From a virus: 64,000 bases of DNA. The stretch is from IMG/VR virus record IMGVR_UViG_3300033463_000109, positions 2,925 through 66,924 of that record; one strand, written 5' to 3'. Below the pieces are notes generated by a model that had not been told where the DNA came from, searched no databases, and worked only from the letters and a program-made list of their open reading frames with translations. A program made the translations under genes and the position numbers. Shown here piece after piece: positions 21,584-33,043 of this stretch (position 1 is its first letter; each line of letters starts with the position of its first letter).

Positions 21584-23662
21584 TTTATACTTTGTTCTAT
21601 AAGAATCAGAATTATGACTATTTCAATATGCTAACTTACCTAATATACTGCCAGTTTTATAGCTTATAGTTTCGTTACTATTTGCATTGATTTCTCCATA
21701 AGAGTTTATAAAGATTTTTACAATGGCATCCGAAACACTGCTATCTCCTTGATATTCATGATTAAAATATTTTATCTTAATATTATGTAATTGTGCTTTT
21801 AAGTCACTAGCTAATACATTATATAGTGTGCTATCTACATAAGCTTTAAGTTCTGAATTGCCATAATTTCTACCATAAAGTGGATTATATTTATTACCTG
21901 TTTCTTTGTTAAAGAAATATTCAGCTGTTGTTCCTGTTTGTGCACAATCAAATGTAATATATGTGTACATATCGTTGTCAACATCATAGTATCTACCTTC
22001 TAAGAATTCCATAATTCTTATTGTATAAGTATTACCATCTTCACCTATAGTATCTTTAGTATCTCCAATTTGCCAACCTATATCTTCTGCTATTCTATTT
22101 TCTGCTACATATCTTATTTGTGATCAAGAGTTGTTTGCAAATCCTGTTGTTTCATAAGGGTTATTAACTCCGTCATATACGCTTACAAAGATAGCTAAAC
22201 CTGCAGATGCTGTAACTGTATATGACAATGTTGATGTTATAGTAGTTGAATTAGCTCTGGCTTCGTAAATAACATAACTTGGATCATTTGGTGTATACTG
22301 TATAGTTAATTGAGTTCCTACTGGTATCCAATCACCTTCTTGATACGTATTAATTCCATCTGTAACTTCTACAGAGCAATCTAAACCTTTAAGTGATTTT
22401 AATTTCGTGTGTGTTTGTGATGTAGAGATTTCGCAATAGTAAGGTTCACCTACTATAGCTTCAGTTACTTGTGCACTTGCTGGTAAAGCGCTATTACCTC
22501 TTGTATAGTTAGAATACCAAGTTAATGAATAACCTTCTTCGTTAACAGCAGGTAAAATAGTTGATTCAGCTTCTGGCAACCACCCCTTAATCCAAGAAGC
22601 ATATGAAGACCAATTTGTTTTTACTTTTGCTTCATGTACTTGGTTGTACGGAACGAATAATAACGTGTATTGCATATTATAAAAAACATTAGATTGCGTA
22701 ATATTAGGAACGCTTAAAAACTTTGCTACGTTGTATTGCCAATATCCAAAAGAATATGAACCCGAAACAGTTGCAAGTACTTCAGGTAAAGAAATATCCA
22801 TATACTTAAATCTATAAGAGCTAGAATTCGCACCTATACAATAACTGCTGCCTAGAGTAGTGAATGTAGCATTTGTAAAATCTAAAGTTATTATGCTACT
22901 AGAAGGGGAACTTCTTGAAACACCCAGTTGTCTAAAAGCATGTTGTCCTACAGATGATACTCTACCTTTTAGCTTAAAGCTCGTTGCATAGTCTAAATAA
23001 CCAAAAGCTTGTGTACCTATTAAACCATTGACTTCTATATCAAAAGCACAATAATTATTTCTTATTGAACCAAAAGCATATTCAGCTACTGAACCTAAAA
23101 TACCTGTTACACTTTTTAAGTTTGCACCATTAAATGCATAGCTACCTACGTTGCATTGTTGTGCAAAATGTAGTTCTATTGTCTTATTAGATGTACTACC
23201 ACCTAAAGCATAAAAAGCATATGTGTTTATATTTGTTACTTTAGGTATACTCAAAGATGTACACAACTTACAAGAGCTAAATACATAGCTACCTATACTT
23301 CTACATTCTGGTAATGAAATTGATAAAACAGGGCGAGTACCTCCTTCTATATAATCTAAACTGAATGCACAATTACCTATAGTCTCTACTTTTGGTAATT
23401 CAAAAGTTGCAGGCATAGTAACTCCTTGAAAAGCATATTGACCTATAGTTATACAATTTGGTAATGTAGGAAAAATATTCATTGTACTCTCCCTATAGAA
23501 CATATAAGGTCTAACAGAAGTCCATGTAGATAAATCTAATTGCACATTTGTTAAGCTATTATCATTAACTTGTTTTAAGTAATCATTATCTGGTATGCTT
23601 ACACCGCCACCAGCTCCTGCTAATACTTTTCCATTATATACTACTATCTTTCTATCTGCCAT
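21584..23662 (-). CDS. BspA-type leucine-rich-repeat surface/tail protein with two in-frame TGAs
   Basis: Pieces 22124..23662 and 21623..22012 are in the same frame. TGA at 22124-26 and 21623-25. TAA at 21584-86. Repeats 'IGxxAFxxCxxLxSIxIPKVTxI'. Confidence 0.55.
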
Positions 23663-23667
23663 ATTAT

Positions 23668-24528
23668 TTATTCCTCTATTGCTTCAAATGTTATAGTGCC
23701 ATTATTATAAAGTGTGGATCAGTAGGTAGCCGCCTTATAGCTTTCAATTAAGCTTTCTGGCACATATACAGTTATGCCGGACTTGCCCCAATCAGTGCTA
23801 ACTAAGCTACAAACTGTGCTAGCACCTAATGTAACTGCAGCAAGTTTTGGGCAATTAAGAAATAAGCTTTCACCACTACTAGTATTATTTATTTTAGTTG
23901 CTTTTGGCAAAATAATTGTTTCTAAATTACTACAATAGGCAAAACATTTTCCAACAGTTATGCATTCAGGTAAAGTTAAAGTTTTTAATCCATAATTGCT
24001 TCTAAATGCCGAATTTCCGACTGATGTTACTTTTGGCAAATCATATGAAGATACACTAGAACAACCGCTAAAAGTTTCACTATTTAATGTAGTTAACTTA
24101 GGCAAAGAAATAGTTCCTGATAGTCTATTATCACTTGAAAATGCACCTAAGCCAATATCTGTTAGGCCTGCTGGATTTAAACCTGCTATTGTTTGCAAGT
24201 TTGTACATTGCATAAATGCATATGTGCCGATTGAAGTCAACTTCGGTATGCTAATTTTATAGCCTGTCAAACCAGTGCACCTTGAAAAAGCATAATTTCC
24301 CAATGTTGTAACATTTGGCAAATCAAGCTCAACTAGCTTTGGTAGACGGCATGACCCACCTGAAGCACTGCCTGATAGATTGGCAGTCACTTTAGTTACT
24401 TTATCTGTTTTAATAGAAGTAATACTGCCATCTAAAATACCTGATAAATCTGGAATAACATCTATAGTTGGCGTTCCAATATTACCTGTTAAAACTTTTC
24501 CATTACATGTTACTACTGCTTTACTCAT
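23668..24528 (-). CDS. BspA-type leucine-rich-repeat protein (read through TGA 23719-21)
   Basis: 269-aa ORF with 'LPNVTTLGNYAFSRCTGLT...IPKLTSIGTYAFMQCTNL'. Ends at TGA. The frame continues 16 codons to TAA 23668-70. Confidence 0.5.
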
Positions 24529-24972
24529 CTATATTCCTTCTATTCAGTTAATTGCTTTTGTGCCATATTTTGTAGCTGTGCCTTCAAACCATATAGCATC
24601 ATATTCTTTATTAGGTAGGCCTCTTCTATCTCTTATAGTTTGATACCAATATCTTATAACACTTGGTATTGCTACTATAAATAACTGTAACGGCCCAAAA
24701 ATTATATTTTGTAATGAATGTCCAAATTCATGTCTTCTTGTAGGTTGAAAATAATTTTCTCCTGAGTTCTCTATAAAAGAAATAACCCCTAAATTTAATC
24801 CTCCTCAATTATTTCCTACAACAACTATATAGCTAAATCCATTCTTATAGATAGGGCAACCAGCTAAGCCTAAAATAACTAAGCCAATTAAACCTGGTAT
24901 TGAAAGCAACGCTCCCCAGGTTAATGATAGTATCCAATATAAAATCTTTAATAATGTCTTTTTTATATCCAT
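24529..24972 (-). CDS. small integral membrane protein with in-frame TGAs
   Basis: ATG at 24970-72 with several predicted TM helices. In-frame TGA at 24805-07 and 24544-46. TAG stop 24529-31 directly before the next ATG. Confidence 0.35.
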
Positions 24973-24974
24973 TG

Positions 24975-25784
24975 TTATCCTTCAATCTGAAAGTCTATGT
25001 TTGACAAGTCTATATTAAAAGCTGCTACACAATAACAATATTGGTACGTTGCATCATAGTATGTGTCTATATAGCTGCCAGGGCTATTGCCTGTGCAATA
25101 CATTCAAGCTGCTGTCGAATTTGTTGCTGCAGCTGAACTGAATCGATATACATTAGCATCATCATCAGGTAAATCAAACATATTTTTTTTAATAGCTGTA
25201 GTGCTAATATTATAACTATTATTAAAATATGATACAATATCATCTATGTCTAAAGCAAAGCAATTCAATTCTCCATTTGTCTTTTGTGTCACTTTTGTAT
25301 AATAAATATTCATTTGTGTTGAATCATCATCTACCTGTAGACAAAAAGTCTCACTTCCGCTATGAGTAGTGCTTAGAGTATAACAACTTTGGACCCTATT
25401 AGTAGGTATAATTGCAGCTTTTACATTGGTAGCTAATGTATTATAATAAGTATTATTTAATTTTATTGATAATGTGCTATTTGTATAATCTTGATAATAA
25501 TTACCATTATCAAATTGAGCTGTTTTACTAGTTGTATTAAATGCTGACGCACCAACTTTATTTGATACTTCAAGTAGCTTAGCTACATTACCGCTAATAC
25601 TTAACACTCTAAAACGTATATTTGTGCCATTGGCTAATGCATTAAAGTTAATTATATCTCCTTTAACAGGCATTTTTTTATTAGCAGATCAAACTTCAAC
25701 GTTACCATTATATACCTTTTTAATTTCAGTATTACCATAAAATATTTTCTTTATTTGGTTTGTTCCAAAAAACATTCCTGACAT
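24975..25784 (-). CDS. structural protein with two in-frame TGAs
   Basis: ATG 25782-84 after RBS 'agagagg'. TGA at 25689-91 and 25104-06. TAA at 24975-77. The 25104..25673 track ORF is its central part. Confidence 0.45.
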
Positions 25785-25795
25785 AAAATACCTCT

Positions 25796-27703
25796 CTAGC
25801 CTGAAATTAAATAAATATATCCACTATATCTATTTGAAGGCTCTGAAGATAGATATACAATATGTATACCGCCATCTGATATAGCTGCTGTTGGAGCAGT
25901 TGTTTGTAATGTACACATTGAAGCATCTAGCTTTGAATATATCATATTTTCAACTGATGTATTATTAGTTAGTCTAAACCAACCCAAACCATTAAGTGCT
26001 CAGTATGCTTTACCATCTGCTATTCAAACTCGATTACCTTCTATTTGATTTTGTTGGCCTGTTCCTGGTCAAGTTTTGACATTTCAAGTTAAGGTAGCTT
26101 TATCTAAAACATATTGATTTAAGCCTAATGAGTAATAAAGATTATCTCCATCAGACCAAATGCAGATACCATCAAAGCTTGTTAAACCTGACCATGTTTT
26201 AGTAGATCATGTAGATGTTGATTTATCTAAAATATACTGAGTTGAACTGTTTGAATAATAAATATCTTCTCCGTCTGTTCAAACAGACCTACCATCAAAA
26301 TCTGTTAATCCTGTTCAAGTTTTAGTTGACCAAGTAGATGTTGATTTATCTAAAACATATTGATATGAGCCATATGAATAATAAGTATCAGTGCCGTCAG
26401 TCCATATATACTGACCATCTTCTGGAGTAAGGCCTGTCCAACTCTTAGCTGACCAAGTAGAAGTTGATTTATCTAGCACATATCAGCTTCCTAAAATCCC
26501 ACCAGCTTTAATATAAATATTCTCTCCATCTGTTCAAGCACTTTGACCATCAAGATATGTTGCACCTGTTCAGGTTTTAGCTGACCAAGTAGAAGTTGAT
26601 TTATCAAAAGCATATTGATAAGACATATACGAATAATAAATATTGTCCCCATCTGTTCATACATATTGACCATCGATAGCTGTTAAGCCGCTACTGTCTG
26701 GCATCTTACTTCAATAAGCTTCCATTAGCTTATCTTGCTTCTTTTCTTCAACAGCTTTAGCACTTGGCACTTGGCTCTCTCTTGATAAAGCTGATAACTC
26801 TTGCGTAACGAATGGCCCTTCAAAAGCTAATGTTTTGTCTAGTATATATTGGTCAGAGTCACTTGAATAGTAGATATTATCATTGTCTGATCAAATATCA
26901 CGCTTGTAAAAATCAGTGATACCAGTTCAAGTTTTTGTTTCTCAAGTAGATGTTGACCTGTCTAAAACATATTGAAAATAGCTGCTATTTGAATGATATA
27001 TATTTTTGCCATCAGATCAAATATACTGTCCAAATAAGTTATATAAATCAACATTATCTCCAGCTATTCAAATCTTTTCTTCTCAAGCAGATGTTGTTTT
27101 ATTTAAAATATATTGATCGGCTCCATTTGAATGATAAATATTACCATTGTCTGTTCATATATGTTGACCATAAACATTGTCAAACCCTGTCCAGATTTTT
27201 TGTGACCAAGTAGATGTGGCTTTGTCTAGCACATACTGATTGTTGGGACCAACCGACCAATAGATATTCTCACCATCAGACCAAATACTTTCAGATGTAA
27301 ATTCTGTTAATCCAATCCAAGTTTTTTCAGACCAGGTAGATGTAGCTTTGTCTAAAACATATTGTTCAGAGTTGTTTGAATAATAGATATTATCTCCATC
27401 AGATCAAATATAATCTCCTCTAAAGCTTGTAAATCCTGACCATGTTTTTTCAGACCAAGTAGATGTAGCTTTGTCAAGTACATAGTGAGTTGAGTCAGAA
27501 TAGAAAGTATTATCACCATCAGACCATATAAGTGACCCTGCAAAACCCGTTAATCCTGTTCAAGCTTTTGTTGATCAATTATTTGTATATTGATAATCTT
27601 TTACTGTGTTATCTTGCTTCTCAGCTAATTGTCCAGAAACTTGTGCATCATATTTTTCTTTAAATCTTTGTAGTTGTTCTATCTTAATTACTTCATTAGC
27701 CAT
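25796..27703 (-). CDS. tandem-repeat (~40-aa 'YVLDKSTSTWS...DG.NIYYS' units) structural/receptor-binding-like protein with many in-frame TGA (Trp) codons
   Basis: ATG 27701-03 with RBS 'aaggaaaag'. Same frame as terminal piece 25796..25987. DNA repeat of ~120 nt. No ORFs in the track because of roughly 20 in-frame TGAs. Repeat copies align TGG with TGA. Confidence 0.5.
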
Positions 27704-27725
27704 ATCTTATTCTTTTCCTTTACTA

Positions 27726-28424
27726 TTAATTAAATAAGTTATCTATATCATTATCTGTTGCAAATGTTAATGCATCTTGTTTATTTACTATATTTGCCAC
27801 AGAGATAGAGTTTGTTCCATCAGTTAAATTACGAGATAAGTATAAATCTCTCCATCTATTCTTTCCTGTACCTGTTCCTAAATCAACATTACCAGAACCT
27901 CTATCATAAGGAATAACTTTTGATGCATTTATTTGGACATATGTAAGATTAGTAGGATCACCTAATTCTATATTATTATTTAATCCTAATAATTGAAAAT
28001 CTCCATTAGTCCATCGTCCATAAATATACTTATATCTAGTAATATAAATATTACTATCAAATATCTTTGGACCTGTAATAGTTTGATTTCCATTTAATGT
28101 TACATAGTTACTTAAATCAGGTTGATTTTCCTTAATTACTTCCTCAATATTTTTAGCATCCCATTTAGTATTATCAAAATCTTCTGCTACATTTACTGCT
28201 GTTTTACATTTATATACTTGACCTTCATAAATAACTACATCACCTACTGCATATGTTGAAGTATTATCATATTCTTCAGCAATATTTGTTAAATCGGTTT
28301 TTGTGGCTAACTCAGTCTTATCTGCTTTAGCCTCTATAATGTCGGAAGTGCTAATAGCTGCAGCAGCTTGTGTGTCAGCTATAGTAGCTACCTGTGTATT
28401 TGTACTAAATGATGAATTTGGCAT
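27726..28424 (-). CDS. tail-fibre-like protein
   Basis: 232-aa ORF with TAA stop. Confidence 0.45.
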   Translation of the reverse strand: MPNSSFSTNTQVATIADTQAAAAISTSDIIEAKADKTELATKTDLTNIAEEYDNTSTYAVGDVVIYEGQVYKCKTAVNVAEDFDNTKWDAKNIEEVIKENQPDLSNYVTLNGNQTITGPKIFDSNIYITRYKYIYGRWTNGDFQLLGLNNNIELGDPTNLTYVQINASKVIPYDRGSGNVDLGTGTGKNRWRDLYLSRNLTDGTNSISVANIVNKQDALTFATDNDIDNLFN

Positions 28425-28445
28425 TCTCTATTCTCTCCTTTACTA

Positions 28446-29360
28446 TTACATTACTTGAGCACATCTTAAAATAATTTTTCCATCGCCACTATTTAAATAT
28501 GTTGAAATTTCATATAAGTCTGAACTTTCAGTTACAAAGAATAACCCAGCATATTCAAAGCTTGCATTTCTATTTAATGCTATGCTATGTGATGTGCCAT
28601 CAATTTTAATAGCTATTTTAATAATATCATTTTGAAGTGAATCATAATCATATGGCCAAGCAGAAGGTGTAATGACTAAGTAGTGGTTTGTCTTTAATGA
28701 AGTCCAATCACTTGCACTTACTATCAATGAGCTTGACATGCTAATTAAATCTTTAATAGTAGCACGAGTTGATTTTAAATTGTCTATATCAGTATAAATA
28801 TTACTTAATTTAATTTGGCTCCATTTAGTTGGGTCAAAAGCGCCTGTTTGTGTAGGTGCTTGTATACATCTATAATATAGGCCATTATAATTTACTATAG
28901 CACCCTTAATATATAGAGTATTTATGCTATAAGTAGGAGCTAAAGCAGTTAAAGTCATGTACTCTTGCAATACTTCTAATGCTTTAGTCATATCAGCTGC
29001 TGTTAAAATATCTTGCACAAAACTGTTTAGTATTAGTTTACCATTTACAAGTGTAGCATTTTTAACTGCTGCTGGGAAATCTGCCCAATTATAAGACTTT
29101 TGTGTAAATATTTCTTGACATTTAGCTAACGTTGGCTCTGAACCAGCACCATACATACGTGTTAAGTTTATAATCTTAAGGTAGTTTGTAGTAAATGCTA
29201 AGCCAGTATAGTTCCACATAACAATTTCATCTATATCTTGTGTTAATATTAATAGACTTTCTTTATTAGCTTCTATGAGTTCTAAATACTGTATTGTTGT
29301 TCCAGCTGCTTTAAGTGTAATACGCTCATTAACATTGTAAGAATTATTAGCATTAGGCAT
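28446..29360 (-). CDS. structural protein
   Basis: 304-aa ORF. An in-frame TAA at 29391-93 bounds it upstream. Confidence 0.45.
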   Translation of the reverse strand: MPNANNSYNVNERITLKAAGTTIQYLELIEANKESLLILTQDIDEIVMWNYTGLAFTTNYLKIINLTRMYGAGSEPTLAKCQEIFTQKSYNWADFPAAVKNATLVNGKLILNSFVQDILTAADMTKALEVLQEYMTLTALAPTYSINTLYIKGAIVNYNGLYYRCIQAPTQTGAFDPTKWSQIKLSNIYTDIDNLKSTRATIKDLISMSSSLIVSASDWTSLKTNHYLVITPSAWPYDYDSLQNDIIKIAIKIDGTSHSIALNRNASFEYAGLFFVTESSDLYEISTYLNSGDGKIILRCAQVM

Positions 29361-29393
29361 AGCATATGAAATATAAAGTATGTCGCCAGCTTT

Positions 29394-32300
29394 ATAATCT
29401 AATGAACTACCAGATATAGTAGCAACATCACCTACAGTATTTGCCCAAGTATATTCACCAATATATGTATTTGTTACTGCTTGTGAAAAGTTTACATCGA
29501 TAATACTAGCCTTATCTACTTTTGTAGCTAAAGCATCATATACACCACCAGAGGTTACTAAGTTTTCACTATCTTCTGTTGGCTCATCTTCAATAGATAA
29601 TAAGTCTGCTTCACTTGACGGTAAACTAATCTTACCTGTGTTGTCAACTGAATAAGCTGTTCCGTCAATTTCAATACTTGTTGCTGCATTTACATTAACA
29701 TTTTTATTTACAATAGCTAATGGTGTACCATTTAAATCTATTGTATCTATTTTACCACCAGCTAAATCTATTAATTGTAGAATACTAATTGCTGTCCATT
29801 TTAATGGATCAAAATCTTCTGCAACTGTAATTGCTGTTATACATTTATATAAAGTATTATTATAAATTACTACATCATTAACATTATAAGTTGCTGTATT
29901 ATCATAAGTATCTGTAATATCTGTATAATTTACTTTACCTGCTAATGCATTTTCTACATCACCAAAGCTATCTATTGCTGTGCCATCTTTAATATTTGTT
30001 ATTTCAGAAGATAGCTCACCTGATTTCTCATCTAAAAGAATTTCAGCTGCAGTTGCTCTAGCTGTTTCAGCACTTATAGCACCATGTAATGTAGCTTCTT
30101 CATTAGTTGTTAAAAACCATCTCTTAGCTTGTGGAGGTTCTGCACCACTATAAGCTAATACTTCTAGTGATGTATTTGTAAATGCTGCCCAACCAAAGAT
30201 ATATAAAACATTTTTTCAGTCTGCTGGTGCATACCAAGCACTTTCATCTGTAGCCTCAATCTCTTTAGTTGTGCCTATAGCATAGATTAAAGTCAATTTC
30301 TTTTGGTTATCTTCAATAGCAGTATCAGCTAGTATAGTATCCAAGCTAGCTACTAAGTTAGTATAAGCATCTTTCTTATTAGACCATTCATTTGCTCTAA
30401 TTTGTGTGTCAGTTAATGAGGTACGTCTATCTATAAGTTTTACATACTTAGTCGTTTCATCTACAATACTATTATATTCTACTCAGATGCTACCTATTAC
30501 TTCATGTTGTTCTTCCAAGTCTAGATCTGTAGTTATATCTTCTTGACAAACTTCAACAAATAAATCTAAGTCTGTTTTTAAATTTGCAGATGATGTTCTG
30601 CTATCAAAATATATACTATGAGAAGTATATGCAATATTTAATATGCCATCAAATGTAGCATCATTATAGAATTCAGCTTTATTTGATTGATATTTACCAT
30701 CAATACCTAAACCAATAATTGTGCCTAACTTATTACTATTTATTGTAATATTAGATGGAGTTGATGGTGGATATTCATAACAAGTAGAGCCTTTACCATT
30801 TCCAGCATTATGTTCCCAGCCAGCTCTTACCTTAACATCACCATTTGTTGTATAATAGCTTTGTCCTGTTGGTTGTGTTGCAATATCATACTTATTAAAG
30901 CCTGTATTGTTATTTGTTGAATAATTTAATATTCTATTTGCTTGCTGTGATGTCTTATTAGGATTTGTTTGAATGCTTGATAGCTTATTAGCTGTAAGCT
31001 TTAAGTCATTATAAACATTTATTGTTGTGAAAGGAACTAATGTCATTGTTCCCTCTTGACTTATAGGTTGTGGCTGTTGTGTAAATTCTATTTTGTAAAT
31101 ATAATTATTTCTAAATTGTCCACTATCTTGACCTGTATATCTAATATAATAGCCATTATAATTTGAAGTAATATAGTTATTTATTTCAGCTGGATTGCTT
31201 ACATTAATGAAGGCTTCTTTTTCTAATTGGTCTTGAACAGCCTTTGTAGTTGGAGCATTATTATTATTTATATTTCCGGCTTGACCCTTAGTAAATGAAA
31301 CTTCAAAACCTTGCGGAGTAGCTGTAATAATACCATCAACTTCAACAATAGTCTTTAAGTAGCTTCCATCTTGTCCTACATTTGCTGTATTTAACGCTGC
31401 AATTTTTGTATCTGTATATGTTTTTGCAGCTAATGTTGTAGGCGCATTATTATCTGTTGGTGTCTCAAAGTTGGTATCAAATGCTTTTGTATGTGAATGA
31501 GCAATACCATCAGTTTCAGTAATATAATCTACATACTCACCATTTGTTGTTGATTCAGCTGTATTATCTAAAGCAGCAATAGCTGAGCTTACTGTGCTTT
31601 CAGTAGCTAGCTTGTTAGTGCTTGCATTATAAGTGCCATCTACAGCAAAGTCTACATTTTTATCTTGGTCAATTGGTAGCTTTGTCTTATCACCATTAAT
31701 TGATAGCGTATCAATTTTACCACCTTCTGTTTTTACATAGTTTTCGGTAGCAAGTTGATTATTATAAGCAGCATCATCTGGAAGAATATCTCCGGCATCT
31801 ACTAATGTGTGATTAGTATCATCCCATACAACAAGTTGACCATCAACTAAAGCACCTCTTGTAGCGATTTTTTGGCCTTGATTTGTATCAAAGTCAAACT
31901 CTCCATCAATATATTTGCCTTCGCCTAACATCAAAGCATTTTCTACAGGGTCATATAAGCCAACACCTTCTGCTTTAGCTACATAATATTGACGTCCTTG
32001 TGTAAATGTTAATGAATCATCTAATTTATATTTATTTGTTTCATATTCATAATAATATGTGTCAGGCTTATAATCTTGCTCTAACAAAGCATATTCAGCA
32101 TATTCGCCTGTAAGAGCCACTACACCTGTTAAATCAGTTAATGGTGCATTTGTACTATTAGTAACTAATAAATTAGATTTAGCTTGAATAGTTTCTTGGT
32201 CAACAGTAGTAGTTGTGCCCTTAACAGTTAAGTCTCCCATAACTGTTGTATTATTTTTAGCCGTTAAGTTTCCTTGACCATCTACTGCTATTGCTGTATC

Positions 32301-32549
32301 AAACGTATCAAGTCTGCTATCTAAAGCACTTTCTGCTGCTCTTGCTGTTTCTGCTTCTTGAGCTAAATCTAGTGATAAAGCCCTTTCAGCAGCCTTTGCT
32401 CTAGCCTCTTCGTCGTCCACATCAGCTACTCTATTAGCTTCTTCAGTATCTATTCTATTTTTTACATCATTATTAAGCTTATTAAGAACCTTATCTGATT
32501 CTTGTTTATAAAGCTTTAATTCTTCTAATGATACTATTTTATCACTCAT
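29394..32549 (-). CDS. giant tail-fibre protein. The 30483..32549 portion is secure; the extension to ~29394 through TGA codons is likely.
   Basis: The 688-aa ORF ends at TGA 30483-85. The same frame stays open for at least 30 further codons. No M-initiated ORF is listed for 29361-30482, which fits multiple TGAs. Nearest in-frame TAA is at 29391-93. Confidence 0.35.
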
Positions 32550-32580
32550 TTTTTGTTCTTTTCCTTTTTGTTATTTTATA

Positions 32581-33030
32581 TTATAATGCTGTTACTGTAT
32601 CTGTAAATCCTGTACCTGGCGTATAAATTGTAACCGAATATAAGCTGCCTTCTTCTAAAATCAATGCTGTCAATATAGCACGTGTATCTGATCCATCATA
32701 AATTATACTGCAAGGTAAGCCTGATATTATATAAGAGATTGCTTCATAATCACTATAACTAAGCGTTTCGCTAAGCTTAGTAAAAGCTGTTGACTTAGTA
32801 GTATAGATATAAAAAGTATCCTCTACCTCGCCATCTTCAGAATAAGCAATATCAATAGCATGCTTATATAATTGTGTACCGCCTCCACCTGAAACTTCAG
32901 CAAATTCTAAAGATAAATCATCTTTAACTTTTAAATATTTACCTACATCAGCATTTGTAATATTAGGCATTCTAATATCTTGAATATCTGTAACTTCTTG
33001 ACCTTTTTGTACTTGATTAATATATCCCAT
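32581..33030 (-). CDS. hypothetical structural protein
   Basis: 149-aa ORF. Confidence 0.35.
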   Translation of the reverse strand: MGYINQVQKGQEVTDIQDIRMPNITNADVGKYLKVKDDLSLEFAEVSGGGGTQLYKHAIDIAYSEDGEVEDTFYIYTTKSTAFTKLSETLSYSDYEAISYIISGLPCSIIYDGSDTRAILTALILEEGSLYSVTIYTPGTGFTDTVTAL

Positions 33031-33043
33031 AAAGCATTCTCCT

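Noticed and set aside
25796-27703. CRISPR array or non-coding tandem repeat at 25.8-27.7 kb
   Set aside because: The ~120-nt repeats are imperfect and in-frame. They translate to a coherent repeat protein with a proper RBS/ATG and TAA stop. There are no short constant repeats with unique spacers.
29394-30482. An independent gene in the ORF-less stretch 29.4-30.5 kb
   Set aside because: The 30483..32549 ORF ends in TGA and its frame stays open downstream. The lack of any M-initiated ORF there is what frequent TGA codons would produce, so it is read as a continuation rather than a new gene. This is unverified across its whole length.
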